Source: Podospora anserina (Eukaryota). Taken from it: 64,000 bases of DNA. A program made the position numbers and the translations under genes. The DNA is taken from NCBI GenBank assembly GCA_017654855.1, contig CM030335.1:2666001-2730000 (forward strand). The letters run 5' to 3'. The notes beneath the pieces are model-generated. The model saw only the letters and a program-made list of their open reading frames with translations. It had not been told where the DNA came from and made no database searches. This document shows, piece by piece, positions 25,101 through 38,678 of the stretch (the first letter of the stretch is position 1; every line of letters begins with the position of its first letter).

Positions 25101-27276
25101 ATGAAGTCACTCTTATTACTGGGCTTGTCAGCCCGTCTCTCAGCTTCGTTGGGGCACGCGGCCAACTCCACCATCTACAACCCGATATTCCCGGGCTTCT
25201 ATCCGGATCCAAGTTGTATCTTTGTCCCTGAGTGGGATGATACCTTTTTTTGTGCTTCGTCGAGCTTCAATGCCTTTCCAGGAATTCCTATTCACGCGAG
25301 CAAGGACCTGCAGAACTGGCAGCTGATTGGGCATGTGCTGAACCGCAAGGAGCAACTCCCCAGGCTGGCGGAGACGAATAGATCAACCAGGTAGGAATTG
25401 AATCGATCTAACTGAGGACAGTATCATGGCTGACAGCCTGAAGTGGCATTTGGGCACCGACCATCAGATTTCATGATGACACTTTTTGGCTTGTCACGAC
25501 ACTGGTAGATGATGACCGCCCTCAGGCAGATTTTACCAGATGGGATAACGTATGTCTTCCCCACCACCTGTTCTTCGAAGAGGATGCTTATCTTTTTCTG
25601 CTTGGCAGATTATCTTCAAGGGCAAGGATCCGTACGACCCAGCCTCGTGGTCGAATGCCATCCACTTCAATCTTACTGGTTACGATCCTGAGCCTTTTTG
25701 GGATGTGGATGGAAAGGCTTACATCAACGCCGCCCACGCATGGCAAGTTGGGTATGTACTGCTTTAACTATTTGAACTTTGAAATGGTGTGGGCTGACCA
25801 TGGCTGTTAAAGACCTTACATTGAACAAGCGGAAGTCAACCTTGACACAGGAGAAGTTGGCGAATGGAACGTCATATGGAACGGAACCGGCGGCCTTGCC
25901 CCTGAAGGACCGCATATCTACCACAAGGATGGATGGTATTATCTCCTGGCTGCAGAGGGTAAGAACATGGCAACCCATATATTCTGTCCAAGTGGACTAA
26001 GCTGACCATCTTCTAGGTGGAACTGGTGTTAACCACATGGTCACGATGGCTCGCTCAAAGAATGTTTCTGGACCCTACGAGTCATATGTGAACAACCCGG
26101 TCTTGTCCAATGCCAATACCTCAAGTCTTTGTAAGCGCCGAATAACCCATAACAGCAGTGGTTCGATTGACTTACACCCCCGTCAACAGTCCAAACCGTA
26201 GGCCATGCGGATCTCTTTCATGATGGCAATGGAAACTGGTGGGGTGTTGCTTTGTCCACTCGCTCAGGTCCTGAATACATACACTATCCCATGGGACGGG
26301 AAACCATCATGACGGCTGTATCCTGGCCCGAGGGAGAGTACCCAGTTTGGACACCCATCAGCGGTGAAGTGAGCGGTTGGCCTCTGCCGCCTGCGGCACT
26401 GGATATCAAAGGGGTGGGGTAAGTTGTGAATTCGCAACTTCTGCTCGTCATGTGCCTAGCTAATCTCGGTTTTCCTCATGCTTTAGGCCATTTGTCAACC
26501 ATCCGACACCCGAGATTCTCACCTTCTCCAACGATACCGCTCTCCCAGCCCACATCACGCACTGGCGTTACCCCAATCCATCCTCCTTTACCATCTCGCC
26601 GCCTGAGAAGCCAAACACTCTGCGAATCAACCCTTCGAACATCAACCTGACCGCTCTGAATGGGAATTACGCCGGCCCAGGTGGTCAGAGCTTCATCTCG
26701 CGCCGACAGCAAGACACCCTTTTCACTTTCTCCGTCGACCTTGACTTTTCTCCCACAGTCATCGAAGAAGAAGCCGGTGTATCTGCTTTCTTGACACAGA
26801 ACCACCATCTCGACATTGGGATCGTGCTGCTGCCTCCAAGTGCCAGCACTGCGACTCTCTTGCCGGGACAGCCCGCGGGACAAGAAGAGGAGGCTCTGAT
26901 TCCGCAGATCAGGTTCAGGGGGGAATCCTACGTGCCTGTTCCGAAGCCCATCATTGCCCCTGTGCCCAAGGCTTGGAGAGATGGAAAACTGAGGCTGGAG
27001 ATCAAGGCTGCGAATAGGACTCATTACAGCTTCAGTGTTGGGCCAGCGGGGAGACAGAGCTTGATGCAGACGTTGTTGTATGCGAGTAATGAGCCTGTTA
27101 GTTGGGGTTTTACTGGTAGGTTCTCCATGGAAGATTAAGGGATATCATTGTGTTGCTAACTGGCTGAAATAGGGGTGCTCCTTGGCGTGTATGCCACGAA
27201 TAACGGGAGAAATGGGACGACACCGGCATATGTCTCGAACTGGCAGTATCTGCCTCAGGGGCAGTTCAGAGACTAA
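25101..27276 (+). CDS. Secreted glycoside hydrolase family 43 (beta-xylosidase/arabinofuranosidase) with C-terminal beta-sandwich domain; about 8 exons
   Basis: Signal peptide and motifs NPIFPGFYPDPS, SSSFNAFPGIPIHASKDL, GIWAPTIR, GYDPEPFWD, APEGPHIY, QTVGHADLF, PMGRET, and C-terminal GFTGVLLGVYAT. Seven GT-AG introns. Confidence 0.92.
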
Positions 27277-27443
27277 GGATTGGGCTCCCAAGCATAGGCA
27301 CTGTCATCAAACAGATAACCATTGGATAAACAAAGAAACAATACCATCCCTACCGTCATGAAAACTCATCACATCTCATTATTTCCCTTGCAAGTCAGTA
27401 CACCCCAATCACTGCCTTTTGGGGTATTCCAACAAGCCCCTCA

Positions 27444-29184
27444 TCACAAAACATACCTAAACCCAACCATCCCCTCCCTCTCCCCATCCTCCCTCCTCCC
27501 TCCATCCCCCACCCTCAACACCACCTGAGCCCTCTCCCTCTCCTCTAGCCTCTTATTTTTCCTCGCAAAATGCCACCTCAACCCCGCCGCCAGCCCGGCA
27601 TTAACAAACATAAACACCGCACAGACCACCATCCCCTTTGTATACCCAGGCCTGTCCCCCTCGGGGAACAGCCTCGTCCCCAACAGCGGCCCGCACTGCC
27701 CGACCATATTCAGCACCGCGATGCCCACCCCCCGTTTGGTGTCGCTCCCCTGGTTATTCAATGTCCACGGAAGGACATTGGCTATACTAGGAAAGACACC
27801 CCCGGCAGCCAAGAAAACAGAAAAATACCGGACCGAAACGAGGTGTTCTGGCAGGGTTGCTAGTAGCACGTACCCCGCCCCGCCGACGAGGGAAAGACAA
27901 ATGATTGTCAGGCCGCGTTGCTGGGTTTTGTCGGCGAGGTAAGTGGACAGGATGCAGATGAGAAAGGAGAGGAGGTAAGGCGGGGCGGTGAGACCCTGTG
28001 CGGTGGAGGTGTTTGGGGAAAGGGACATGGAGGAGAGGATGGAGGGGAGGAATACAGGTAAGGAGGAGAAGGAGACGTTGAGGGAGAAGTACATTAGGGA
28101 GGGGAGGAGGGTTTGCAGACTTTCAAAGGTGGAGAGGATTTCGCGGGGGGAGATGCTTCGCCAGCCGGTGGGGGTTTGACCTTGCTGGGGGGTGTGGAGG
28201 GATAAACGGGCTTTGGCGACGGAAAGTTCGGTTGGGGTGAGGACCGGGGCGGTGGTGGGGGAGGAAGGGAGGTGGAAGTAGAGGATGATGGCTAAGATGA
28301 GGGTGGGGAGGCCTTCGATTAGGAAGAGGAGGCGCCAGGGCGGGAGAGGGGGGGAAGGGGTGCTGGTTATGGCGTAGGCGAGGGCGCCGGCGAAGGTTGT
28401 TGCGAGGGGGGCGGCGGAGAGGAAGATGCCGCAGCGGAGGCCGAGTTCGCGGCGGCGGTAGAAGAAGGATAGGAGGTAGGGGACGCCGGGGGCGAAGCCG
28501 GCTTCGGCCATGGCGAGGAACCAGCGGCAGACCATGAGGGATTGCCAGTTGGGGGCGGCGGATTGGAGGGTTGAGGCGAGGCCCCTGGGGGGACGGTTAG
28601 CGGGTTGAAAAGGGGGGAGGTGAGGGGTGAGTACCAGGTTGCTACTGTTATGGTGGCCCAGATATCTGGGTTGGGTTAGGATCTGATGTGTTAGGAGAAA
28701 ATAGGAGGCAGGCATACGAGGAGGCATGATCTTCCACATGAGGGCAAAGCCTTCAAACAAGACTGAGAAGCTGTCAGCACCAAGTCCAAGAAACGAGCAT
28801 AAGGCACTTACTATACGGTATGTAGAATATGGTGAGCAGCCACCGATAGTGCTCATCGTCAAACCCAAGATCATCGCCCATTCCCGCATTCTGCGCATTC
28901 CCAATATTGGACCGATCAAGAAAGGCAAGCATATAAGCCAGAAACACCAGCACGACCAGCGTCTTGTCAAACTTCCTCCTGACCCGCTTCTCAACAACAG
29001 GGTCGATCTCGACAATGACGTCGCCCAGTAGGGTGCTGCCTCGTCTATCCTGGTTTCTGGGTCCATGTTGGCTAGAAGTATAAGGTTGGAGAGAAACACC
29101 GAGCTCATGCTTATCCTCATCGTCGTCTACAGGCGGTGGGAGCTTTTCAATCTTGTCAATTGCTCTTATTCTGTCGACGGACAT
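27444..29184 (-). CDS. MFS transporter, anion:cation symporter (Dal5/Tna1-like) family; 4 exons
   Basis: AFLDRSNIGNA, RWFLAMAEAGFAPGVPYLLSFFYRRRELGLR, WRLLFLIEGLP, LTAPPY, YLADKTQQRG, NNQGSDTKRG. Three short introns within about 28587-28811. Confidence 0.9.
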
Positions 29185-30402
29185 GTTGATATCGTCCTGG
29201 TACTTTCTGGTGGAGATGGCAGTGTTGTGGCTGGTTTCCCTCAACTCAACGGAGTTGCTCCGACGGTGAAACCCGGGGTAATTCGACGGGCGAGCAGAAA
29301 AAGGGAGGCATGAAAGAGAAGAGCCGGTGGGGGGTTAGCTGTCAACAGTGTGGTTGAGCAGCTTGTCTTCCAACGTTGAACTACCAACGACCACCAGCCA
29401 GACAACAGCGAGATACCTTAGAGAGGGGAAAGTCGGAGTGTGCGGGCAAACACATTGGCATCCAAAGACAAGCTCACCCAGCGTTCCGCTGCATGTGTGC
29501 GACCGACACAAACATAGTGATGGTGGTGATCGTCCAGGCAATTGGCCTCACCTGCCATCTCTGGTTCTTCTGACAGCTGTGCGCTGGCTTGGAGAACAGA
29601 GATTGATGCAGTGGTATCATCCAAGCTGCCAGATCTTGCCGCCAAGGGCGAAAGGACAGACGAAGATAAGGTTTCGACGGTTTGAACTGCTGCGGTCATA
29701 TATGGCTCAATCATGCCAATGTCAATCCGTCACTGAATCTGTGGTACCTGATCCCAAGTTCCCGACCCGGCCGAATCGGTCCGTGAGGTGAGAATGGGGG
29801 AACTTTCGCGATACGACCTTCGATGATTTCATCCCACCCAAGGGAGCAAAGATAGCGATATCACCAGCCATGTCTTACGCTCAAACCCTCAAATCCCCGC
29901 CTTTTTCCTCAGAGAGAATCAGGCAAGGCGTTGTGACACACAAACGGTCACGACAGACTGCATGCGGCGGTCGTGATCCTGCAGTACATCGATCAGCAGG
30001 TTCCATGCATGTCTTGCGTTGCGTAACATCTCTGAAGTTCTGTAGCACCCAGAGTCGTTTGGTTTAAATATCTGTGACATCGGCAACCTGACGCGCACCT
30101 GTGGTTGGTCTGGAAAAGGTGTGGTGGTGATGTGACAGACGGTTTTTCGGGCTGTACCGAGAGATATTTGGATAGTGTTGTTGCACCCGTGAGAGAGAAG
30201 TCGGGTGGTTGATGCTTGCCGAGCTCATTGTGTGAGTGAGAACAACCTGAGTTTGAAGTCGTTGACGATGATGTCAGTCTGGGTAGGGACCGAAGTTTAT
30301 GCATGTGAACTACCTAGTGTTGTTGGGTGACTCCTGATGTAAAGGCAAAATCCTCGATCCATTCCCAGCAAACCAGCTACGACAGATGATCACATCTGTA
30401 AA

Positions 30403-30482
30403 TCTTCCGTAGTATAGTGGTCAGTATGTGAGCTTGTCATCCAACAACGCTCGAGACCCGGGTTCAATTCCCGGCGGGAGAG
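30403..30482 (+). tRNA. tRNA-Asp(GTC) with an 8-nt intron
   Basis: Acceptor stem TCTTCCG/CGGGAGA, D-arm, anticodon GTC at 30436-38 in stem TGAGC/GCTCG, insert 30440-30447 after position 37, T-arm GGTTCAATTCC, and downstream T-runs. Confidence 0.9.
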
Positions 30483-33095
30483 TCAACCACAACCTTTTGC
30501 CTTTTTACTAGCTTGCTCTGTCTTTTTGCCATTGCAGAATTCACAACCCATATCCATCCAAATTTGCGAATGTGCTGCTCGCTGCAAAAGTAACGGCGGC
30601 TGGCTCATGGAGAACTTCCTACCGCCTGCCATCTTGGCATGTGTCTCAGGATCTTCTTACCAGTCACAAGAAGGCGTGGAGGCCGCACCGGGAAAATAGA
30701 AAATATTGGAACCATATAATACTGAGGCATCAATATCAGCCCACACTCAACCTGTTATAAGCAACCCAAAAATAGAGACTATGGAGATGGAGATGCGATG
30801 AGCTGGGCTTCCCGTGTTCACTCGTAGTCCGGGTTTTCACAACGTCCCGCCGAGGCAGTTGTCCACCCGCTGCAACGGCCGTCCCGTAGTGGCCCAGAAA
30901 ACCGGGAGAGCTCTTGTCGTAGGGCTGAGCTCTACAACTCGAAAAAATCTTTGTCGATAATCATAGCAGAAAGCATGCTCCGAGCTAGCATCATGTTAGC
31001 AACAGGCGCAGTCGAAAACAGACTTGGGAACTGCTGAGATCTTGTGCGTTGAATGCGACATCGTATTTTGGTTGGGCCGAAAAGTCCAAGAAGGTTTTCA
31101 ATGCGAACCCAAGCGCACTGCCACACTTTAAACGCGTGATGAATGACAGCTGGTCGGTAGACAATTTGTTGCTGACTGAGTGAGCACAAAAGTCGGTGTC
31201 TCAGTCAACCCTTCTAGAGCCACCAAGTGACATGCTGCGAGTGAGACATGTTTCTTGTCATATGCCAAAAAAGGGATATGCAACGTTGTAAGTGGCCTCC
31301 TTCCTCGCCGTCTGACCCTCTTCGCTATGACGGAAATGGCCTCTGAAATAAATCATGTTTCCTCGGCGGGCACCAAAGAAGAAGAGAAAGTCCATGAAAC
31401 CATGAAACCGGAGACTGGGCGGATGTGATCCGACATCCAGAATAACGGCTCCGTTGCCATAGGTGGCGCGCTAACGTCGTACGAACCGTTCGGCCGCGGG
31501 GGGAAAGGTGCGAGGAAAAATTACAAGAAGGAAGATGCCCCTTGCTGTTCTCCTGTTTCAGCGGCCAGGATGCGAACACCACAGAACCACCGCAGATTCG
31601 CTCACTGTTTCGTACAAGGGCGAGATGTTGTTTCGGCGACTGGTACAGTGGCAATGGGCGGGATCAACGCTTTTCCTGTTGGTCTCACCGCTGGCCTTTG
31701 ACTTGAGGTTGTTTGCATGGCGTGCAGGAGGGCGCCGGTGGGGGCGTCGGTCTCCGGAGAGCGGGCCTGGATGCGGGCAACGTGGGGCGGCAGCGACCAA
31801 CCTCGTCAACCCAACCGTCCTCCACCACCAAGCGCTGGGAGATCGATCACGAACTGCCACTGGATTGGTCGACAGACAACATTTCGGGCACGGGCATTGC
31901 ACGGGGGCCGGATCGACCATGTGGCGGTGATGTTTGTTTGCGCCAGTGCGGCCCACGGCCTCTTGAAATAATGACAAGAAGAAAAATATCGAGTTTTGAT
32001 ATGACACGGCCAAGTGCTTCTTTTGCTTTCAGCTTTCCCATCAGCTGGGAAAAGGCGATTCGATAGCGCCGGTACGTGGCCGGTAGTTTTTCACCCGCCG
32101 TCGGGGTCCGAGTCTCGTGTTTTGGGAAATTCGGTAGGTAACAACTCCTTCTCATTTCAATTTTCATAAGCAACGCTGCCGCCTCATCTTGGAGTGCTTG
32201 GTTCCAAGACTTTTTCCACGGGAAGCGCGCCCACGTTGCACACGATCTGATGTGAGCACAAAAATGGTTACACAACGCAGAGCAATATCTCTGGGACACG
32301 ACATTTTGTCCACTTCTTCTGGGTCATCCTCAGTCCTCACCTTATTTCATCTCAATACCTCTAGATCATGGTGGTGACTAACTCTCTCGTATTATCATCT
32401 TGCCCAGACTGGGCTAGCCCAGGCAGGCCACCCGCCATCACTTCAAAATCCCAAAACATGGGGTTAGTAGCGTCCGACACCCCTTGAATGCCAAGGCTAG
32501 CTTTCCTTCCTGGGACGTGTGCCTCAGCAGTGCCACTGGCTGGGCAGCATCTAGGGGTCTTCCCTGCATACGCGCCTCTGATTGGCCTGATTGGCCTGTC
32601 AACGGAGACAACATGCGCTCCCTTGGCAGGGTTGGCAGGTGACATTGCTGAATTTCGGCCGTCGGCGGCTCAGATGCCCCCAGCGGCCAACAAAGGCGTG
32701 AGAGGTTGGGACCCCGGTGGGAAAGGGGCTCGGCGCTGCTGGAAGGAACATTGAAAGCGATGATGGGTCCCCGTTTGTCAACCTCTCTCGTTTTTCCCCA
32801 TCCCCATCCCCCATCGTCAGCAGACAAATTCACGCATACACGAACTGCCAACACCAAGGCTCGTGTTGCCCACGCTTCTTCAGTCTCTCGTTCACAGCCT
32901 CACTGGCACTTTTCTCTTTTATACACTCGCTCATCATCACCACTTGCCTCGTGCTCTTTTTCAATCATCAGCCATCACTTGACCCGCCTCAGCGCATACA
33001 TCACCACCAACTACTAATCAACAACAACACACACTCATCTTTCTTGGAATATTCAGCTGTACCTACACTCACAACACTCACAACACTCTCACACC

Positions 33096-34255
33096 ATGCT
33101 TTCCAAGTTTCTCACTCTGGCGCTCGCCGCCTCCATGGTCTCTGCCCAGACTTACACTGACTGTGACCCCACCAAGAGATGTGAGTAGTTCCTGTCTCAA
33201 GACAACATTCCACATCTCGCCATGAACGTGTCGCTGACACCCCGGATCTAGCCGACTGCCCTGCCCGCAAGGCCGTTGGGTCTAAGCCCGTCAACATTGA
33301 CTTCCGTCAGGGCAAGAACAAGTTCTTTAAGGAGGCCGAGGGTACCAAGCTCACCTACGATAAGGATCTCGGCGCTGTTTTCTCCATTGCCAATGAGAAC
33401 CAGGCCCCCACGATCGGCAGCGACGCCTACATCTTCTTCGGTCAGGTCGATGTTGTTCTGAGGGCTGCCCCAGGTCCCGGTGTCGTCACCAGCTTCGTGC
33501 TCCAGTCTGACGACCTTGATGAGATCGATTGGGAGTGGCTCGGCGGGGATAATGCCCAGGTCCAACACAACTACTTCAGCAAGGGCTGCACCGAGACGTA
33601 CGACCGCGGTGGATTCTCTCCCGTCGCCGACCCCATTGGCGCTTTCCACACCTACACCATCAAGTGGACCTCGGAGCAGCTCGACTGGATCATTGACGGC
33701 CAGGTCGTCCGCACGCTCAAGAACACCGGCATTGAGGGCTGCGCTGGTTATCCTCAGTCCCCCATGCAGATCAAGCTCGGTACCTGGGTTGCCGGTCGTA
33801 AGGATGCTCCCCAGGGCACTATCGAGTGGGCTGGTGGTCTTGCCGACTTCTCTAACGGACCCTCTGACGGGTACTACCAGAGCCTCAAGATCATCGACTA
33901 CATGGGTGGCCACAAGGAGGCTACCGAGTACCAGTATGGCGACAAGTCTGGCACCTGGCAGAGCATCAAGGTTATTGGGAGCAGCGGTGTTGTTTCCAGC
34001 AGCAGCAGCGTCACCTCCAAGGCTACCACCAAGACTGCCACTTCTGCCACCACTCTTCAGACCGTGACCTCTAGCACTGCTCTCGGCGCTACTAATGGTA
34101 CCCTCACTACTGATGCCACCACCACCCCCACCAGCACCACCGAGGAGGTCACCGAGACCGAGACTGCCATCCCCACCGGTGCCGCCGGCAAGGTTGCCCT
34201 CAGCAACATGGCCGCCATGGGTGCCGCCGCTGTTCTCGGCTACCTTGTTCTCTAA
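33096..34255 (+). CDS. GH16 Crh-family chitin transglycosylase, GPI-anchored cell-wall protein
   Basis: Signal peptide, QTYTDCDPT, catalytic DEIDWEW, IKLGTWVAG..GTIEWAGG, Ser/Thr-rich stalk and hydrophobic C-terminus. Intron 33181-33251. Confidence 0.92.
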
Positions 34256-35507
34256 ACGCACACGCCATTTGGACACGATAAGAGGATAGAAGGTTGTTTC
34301 AAGTTTTGTCTCCTGTCACCGGAGCTATTTTGCGTCTTCGCCACACTCCTTACATTTGCGTCTGGCAATGAGAGCAGGGGTACGCTTCCGCAATCCCCCC
34401 ATTGCGCGCTTTCTCTTGGGTCCTTGCGGAGCAGTGGTCCCCCGAGATGTGCGCACGACATTGTGATGAGAACGGTCGCCCTGACGGATCTTGTTGCTGG
34501 CTGAGCAAATACCGATGCCCAATGTTTATACGAGTTTAATACCGGTGGTCCCCGGGAGATATATATGTCGACACGGATGGGAAACAGTCATGGCATCTGT
34601 TAGATGAGACAAGGCAATGTTTTTTAGATGAAGACTTTTGGGGGCGCGTCTGTATACTGAGCGAGCATGTTGTTATGGTTTTTTTGGCGTGTTTAGAAGT
34701 TGTGGCATGACTGCTTGTTATTTGATAGCTGGGAAGCGTTTTTGTTGTAAATAGATACCGAGACTTCAACGTATGTATTCGATTGGAAAGACGACATATT
34801 GGATTGAAGTTGACGAGGCTCTTTTTCAAGTGTTTTGTGTTGATGATCCCAAGACGGCATGGGTAAAAGTGGTGGCTCTATTCCAGGTTCCTCATCGGAA
34901 AATATTTTCAGGGGTCAAAGGGGCAATGCAAGATCTCCAATCAGCGTTGCATGCATCCGAGATGCCGGGCAAAAAACGGTGAGATGCATGAGGTCATCCC
35001 GCTTCCGATTTGGGGGGCCTCGTGCAGCTATTCTCCATTCAGATTGAAGGAGGGTGTGAGGCTCCAAAATGCGGGGAACCTCTCACCGAACCTGAACCCC
35101 TTTAGCCCTTCGGCTACTCAGACACAGGGCAAAGAAGGCTGGGAGCCAGGAAGCAAGGCAACAGGCTGCCTTGTCAGGCGTTGGTTTATATCAGTAACTG
35201 GAGTGTACGACCTTTTACTGTGACTCCAGAGCCGAGAGGCTTGGATCGAAGTCATCTCCCGGAAACAAAGACACGAAAACCGGAAACCAGTTGTGCTTGT
35301 GAGAGGTACGTAGAGAACTATTTAATAGATCTCCTATTTTGTCTAAACCTTTGATGGAAAAGGGGCCGCTTTTTCACATACTTTCACGTCTATAACACAA
35401 AGCCTTTACCCAACATTGCCCATCTCATACTTTCTCCTTACGTGAAAAAGACCAGCCAGCTAACAAATCTCACCAGTCTCAAGCACACAAACCCCAAACC
35501 AAGAACC

Positions 35508-36540
35508 ATGGCCTCCTCCGCCTCGCGAGCAGCCCTTAGCTCCATCCCCCTCTTTCACGAAAAACTTCTCAAATCCAACCGCATCCTCGCCGTCTGCGGC
35601 GCCGGCCTCAGCGCAGCCTCCGGCCTTCCCACCTTCCGCGGTGCCGGAGGTCTATGGAGGAACCACAACGCCGTCGACCTCGCCACCCCCGAAGCCTTTG
35701 ACGCCGATCCCGGTTTGGTCTGGCTGTTTTACGCCTACGTACTCCATTTTCATCCCCATTTTCCTTTGATGTACAGGTCTGATATTTATCAACAGCGCCG
35801 ACACATGGCCTTGACAGCCAAGCCCAACCCGGCTCATTACGCCCTGGCCGAGCTGGCGAGAAAGAGACCTGGTTTTAAATGTCTTTCTCAGAATGTAGAT
35901 AGTATGTCAGCCATCTCCCCCCTTTCCGTCCCCTGTTCCTAAACCCAATCAAGACCTCCACGTCAGAGCCAACCACCCAAGCGATCAGCTCTCTCTGCTT
36001 CACGGCTCGCTTTTCACGCTCAAGTGCACCACTTGCTCCTGGAAAGACCTTTACAATATTGCCGATCCATTATGTCCTGCCCTTGCCCCGGCGGCAGAGT
36101 CCAATCCTGACCCGACAAAGCCGCTTCCTTTGCTAGATCCGGCCCAGCCGTTGGCCGAGATTAAGGAGAGTGAATTACCGCATTGTCCGGATTGTAAGAC
36201 TGAACTGCAGAGGCCGGGGGTGGTGTGGTTTGGGGAGATGCTAGATGAGGATATGTTGGATGATATTGAGGAGTGGATTGAGAAAGAGCCGGTGGATATG
36301 GTTTTGGTCGTGGGGACGAGCTCGGCGGTGTATCCTGCGGCGGGGTATGCTGAGCGGGCGAGGACAAAGGGGCGGACGAGTGTGGTGACTGTTAATTTGG
36401 AGATTACGGAGGAGGACTGGGGGAGGATGAGGAAGGGGGATTTTGGGTTTGAGGGGGATGCGAGTTTGTTGTTGCCGGAACTGTTGAGGCCGGTGATTGG
36501 GGAGGTGAAGGGGGAGGAGGAGGAGGAAGTGGAGGGGTAA
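35508..36540 (+). CDS. Class III (SIRT5/CobB-like) NAD-dependent deacylase
   Basis: GAGLSAASGLPTFRG, WLFYAY|RR, PNPAH, SQNVDNLH, LHGSL, CxxC zinc pairs, RPGVVWFGE, VGTSSAVYPAA. Introns 35739-35795 and 35902-35953. Confidence 0.9.
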
Positions 36541-37416
36541 ATTTGGGTGGGTATATGGGTGCTGTGTTGAATGTTAACTAACATCTGCTTGCCATGTTCA
36601 AATCTATTTCGTGAACTAATATTCAGTAGTGTTGGCACCGACCTAATGAAGCAGACTCTCAGAGAGGGTGAGACTGTTTAGACCTATTAGCATCTTGGAG
36701 TATCGGCGACCTGTGGGATTTCAAAGACAGTCCAGACTAACAGAAATAATACGGTGAAGTCACTCTCAATCACGGTTTTGAGAGTCCCCGGTGCCAGACA
36801 AACTCCAAACGTACGTAATTTGAGAGTCTCGAGTGCATTCCGACCCTCGTCTTGGTTGATTCGAACTTTTTAACTGCATAAACTACCTACCGAGGCACCC
36901 TTTCCGCTTGGCTGCAATGGAATGGACGATTGTTCATTCTACAGCAGTCGGCTGCTTCCATCAACGACAACCAAATGAGGTAGGCGTGGCATCTACCAAA
37001 GGCTCTTTCTTCACCCCCAAACCAGATTCAAGATGGTACGACATCACATGAGAGTGGAAATCTATCTCGGTAACAGGTCATCTATCTCGGTAACAGGTCA
37101 TCAATCGTGGTTGCCATACTGGGGCAGGTCGGGGTCAGAGGATTGGGGAAGGGCAGGTAGGTATCTTGGAAAGGCCACAACGTCATCATGGCAGAATCGC
37201 TGTTGCAATTCAGAGCAACGCCTTTGGAATTCGGGCTTGACTCTGTTGCAGATCGATTTACTTTGCCTCTTTGCTTTCCTTTGCCGTCTTTCGGAGGTTC
37301 AAGGTCCAGGGCTATCGCAATACATCTCTACAAACTCGGTCGTCAACCAGCTTGGGAGGCCGACTTCACATCTCATCATCATCATCATTTACCTCAGCAT
37401 CGACTTATCAGTAACA

Positions 37417-38109
37417 ATGGTCAACTTCGCCCTTAACGTCGCCGTCTTGGCTCTGGTGGCCTCAGTGGCAGCTGCCCCAGCCACAGCTGACGCTTCTTCA
37501 ACCACCTTCTCCTTCGCTCGATGGGTTGAAGATATTATCACCAACCCGGACACAGCCCTCTCACCCGCCGAAGCAATCGTGGCAGCGAATGCTACTGAGG
37601 TTGTCAGCACGGCAGGCGGTCTCCAAAAGAGAGCCAACTGTCAGCCGACATTTCCAGATGCGCCTGTATGATACCCCTACCTTTTCGTATTCCTTGACTT
37701 AGCTTGCACAAGAACCAAGATATCTAACGGATCTGGCTGCATATATAGGCACCCGACGCAGCAGCCTGCCTTAATGATCTCGCTCGCAAGGGCGCTAATG
37801 GTCAACACTGTGCTATGGGGACGCGTGTCTTCGAAATTGAGATGTGTCGAATTGGTGGTGCGCAGATTGTTGCCAGCAGGGGCGGTTTGGCGGCGCAAAG
37901 TGTCAATTGGTATGTCAATGCTGTTTTTATCGATGTTTCGTTTCCTTGTTTTCTGGGACGCTGGCTGATATGGTGTGTGATCTAGCCAGGATGTCGCTCG
38001 CACGGGCGGGTTGATCTTTGACAGCTGCTTCCGAGCGGACAACACAGTCAAGGGCAGCGAGATTTGCATTACCAACAGGTTGATGCAGATCAATATCAGT
38101 GGAGTCTGA
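37417..38109 (+). CDS. Small secreted cysteine-rich pre-pro-protein (effector/toxin-like)
   Basis: Signal peptide, pro-region ending LQKR (Kex2-like), then ANCQPTFPDAP|APDAAACLNDLARKGANGQHC..EMC..VNC|QDVARTGGLIFDSC..EIC..GV* with 7 Cys. Introns 37666-37748 and 37910-37985. Confidence 0.8.
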
Positions 38110-38559
38110 GGCTCTAGGGGGATATCGTAAAGTCTGGGATGGAGATGGTTCACAGTTGTCCAGGTGTAGGGTATAAGGTAAGTAGCATTGTTCGAAAAAT
38201 AAGGAATCTTTCGCGCACACAAGAAAAGAAAAGGGAACAGATTGCAGTGCCCCCAAAGCCTTCTCACATTGTAAAAGATTACCGGTATTTTCCTCCACAA
38301 AACTTGCAAAGTTTCTCAGAAACCCATACTTTCCATCAAGCCTCCCGGGTATCAAACCTGCCAGTCACAAGAAACAATCATACTGTACCCATGGACATTA
38401 ACCCCAGTATCTGCCTATCAACACCACAGGCGTAAAGTTCCACGAAAGGGTATTTCTCAAATGCGCTACTGTGCTCTTCTGCATATCTGTCTCTGGTCAA
38501 GACGCTCCGGAACTTCAACTGTGCTTCAAACATAAGCCAGAAATTCAAGCTCAACTATC

Positions 38560-38678
38560 ACATACGACCATACCCAGCTGAAAATACGGCATCCCGTCCG
38601 CTCTGCCCGAGTCAAGCAGCTGAGGGCCGAATTAGTACTCAGGTGGGTGACCACTGGGGAATCCTCGGTGTTGTATGT
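38560..38678 (+). rRNA. 5S rRNA gene (variant A)
   Basis: 119 nt, ACATACGACCAT..CCCGTCCGCTCT..TTAGTACT..GGGTGACCACTGGGGAA..GTTGTATGT, followed by an oligo-T terminator. Confidence 0.95.

Noticed and set aside
27444-29120. 558-aa ORF taken as the literal MFS protein
   Set aside because: It reads through three introns and includes out-of-frame segments; the spliced model recovers the conserved DRSNIGNA motif.
33248-34276. 342-aa antisense ORF over the GH16 gene (similar shadows over ICP55, CWC16 and KIN1)
   Set aside because: Explained by strong codon bias on the sense strand.
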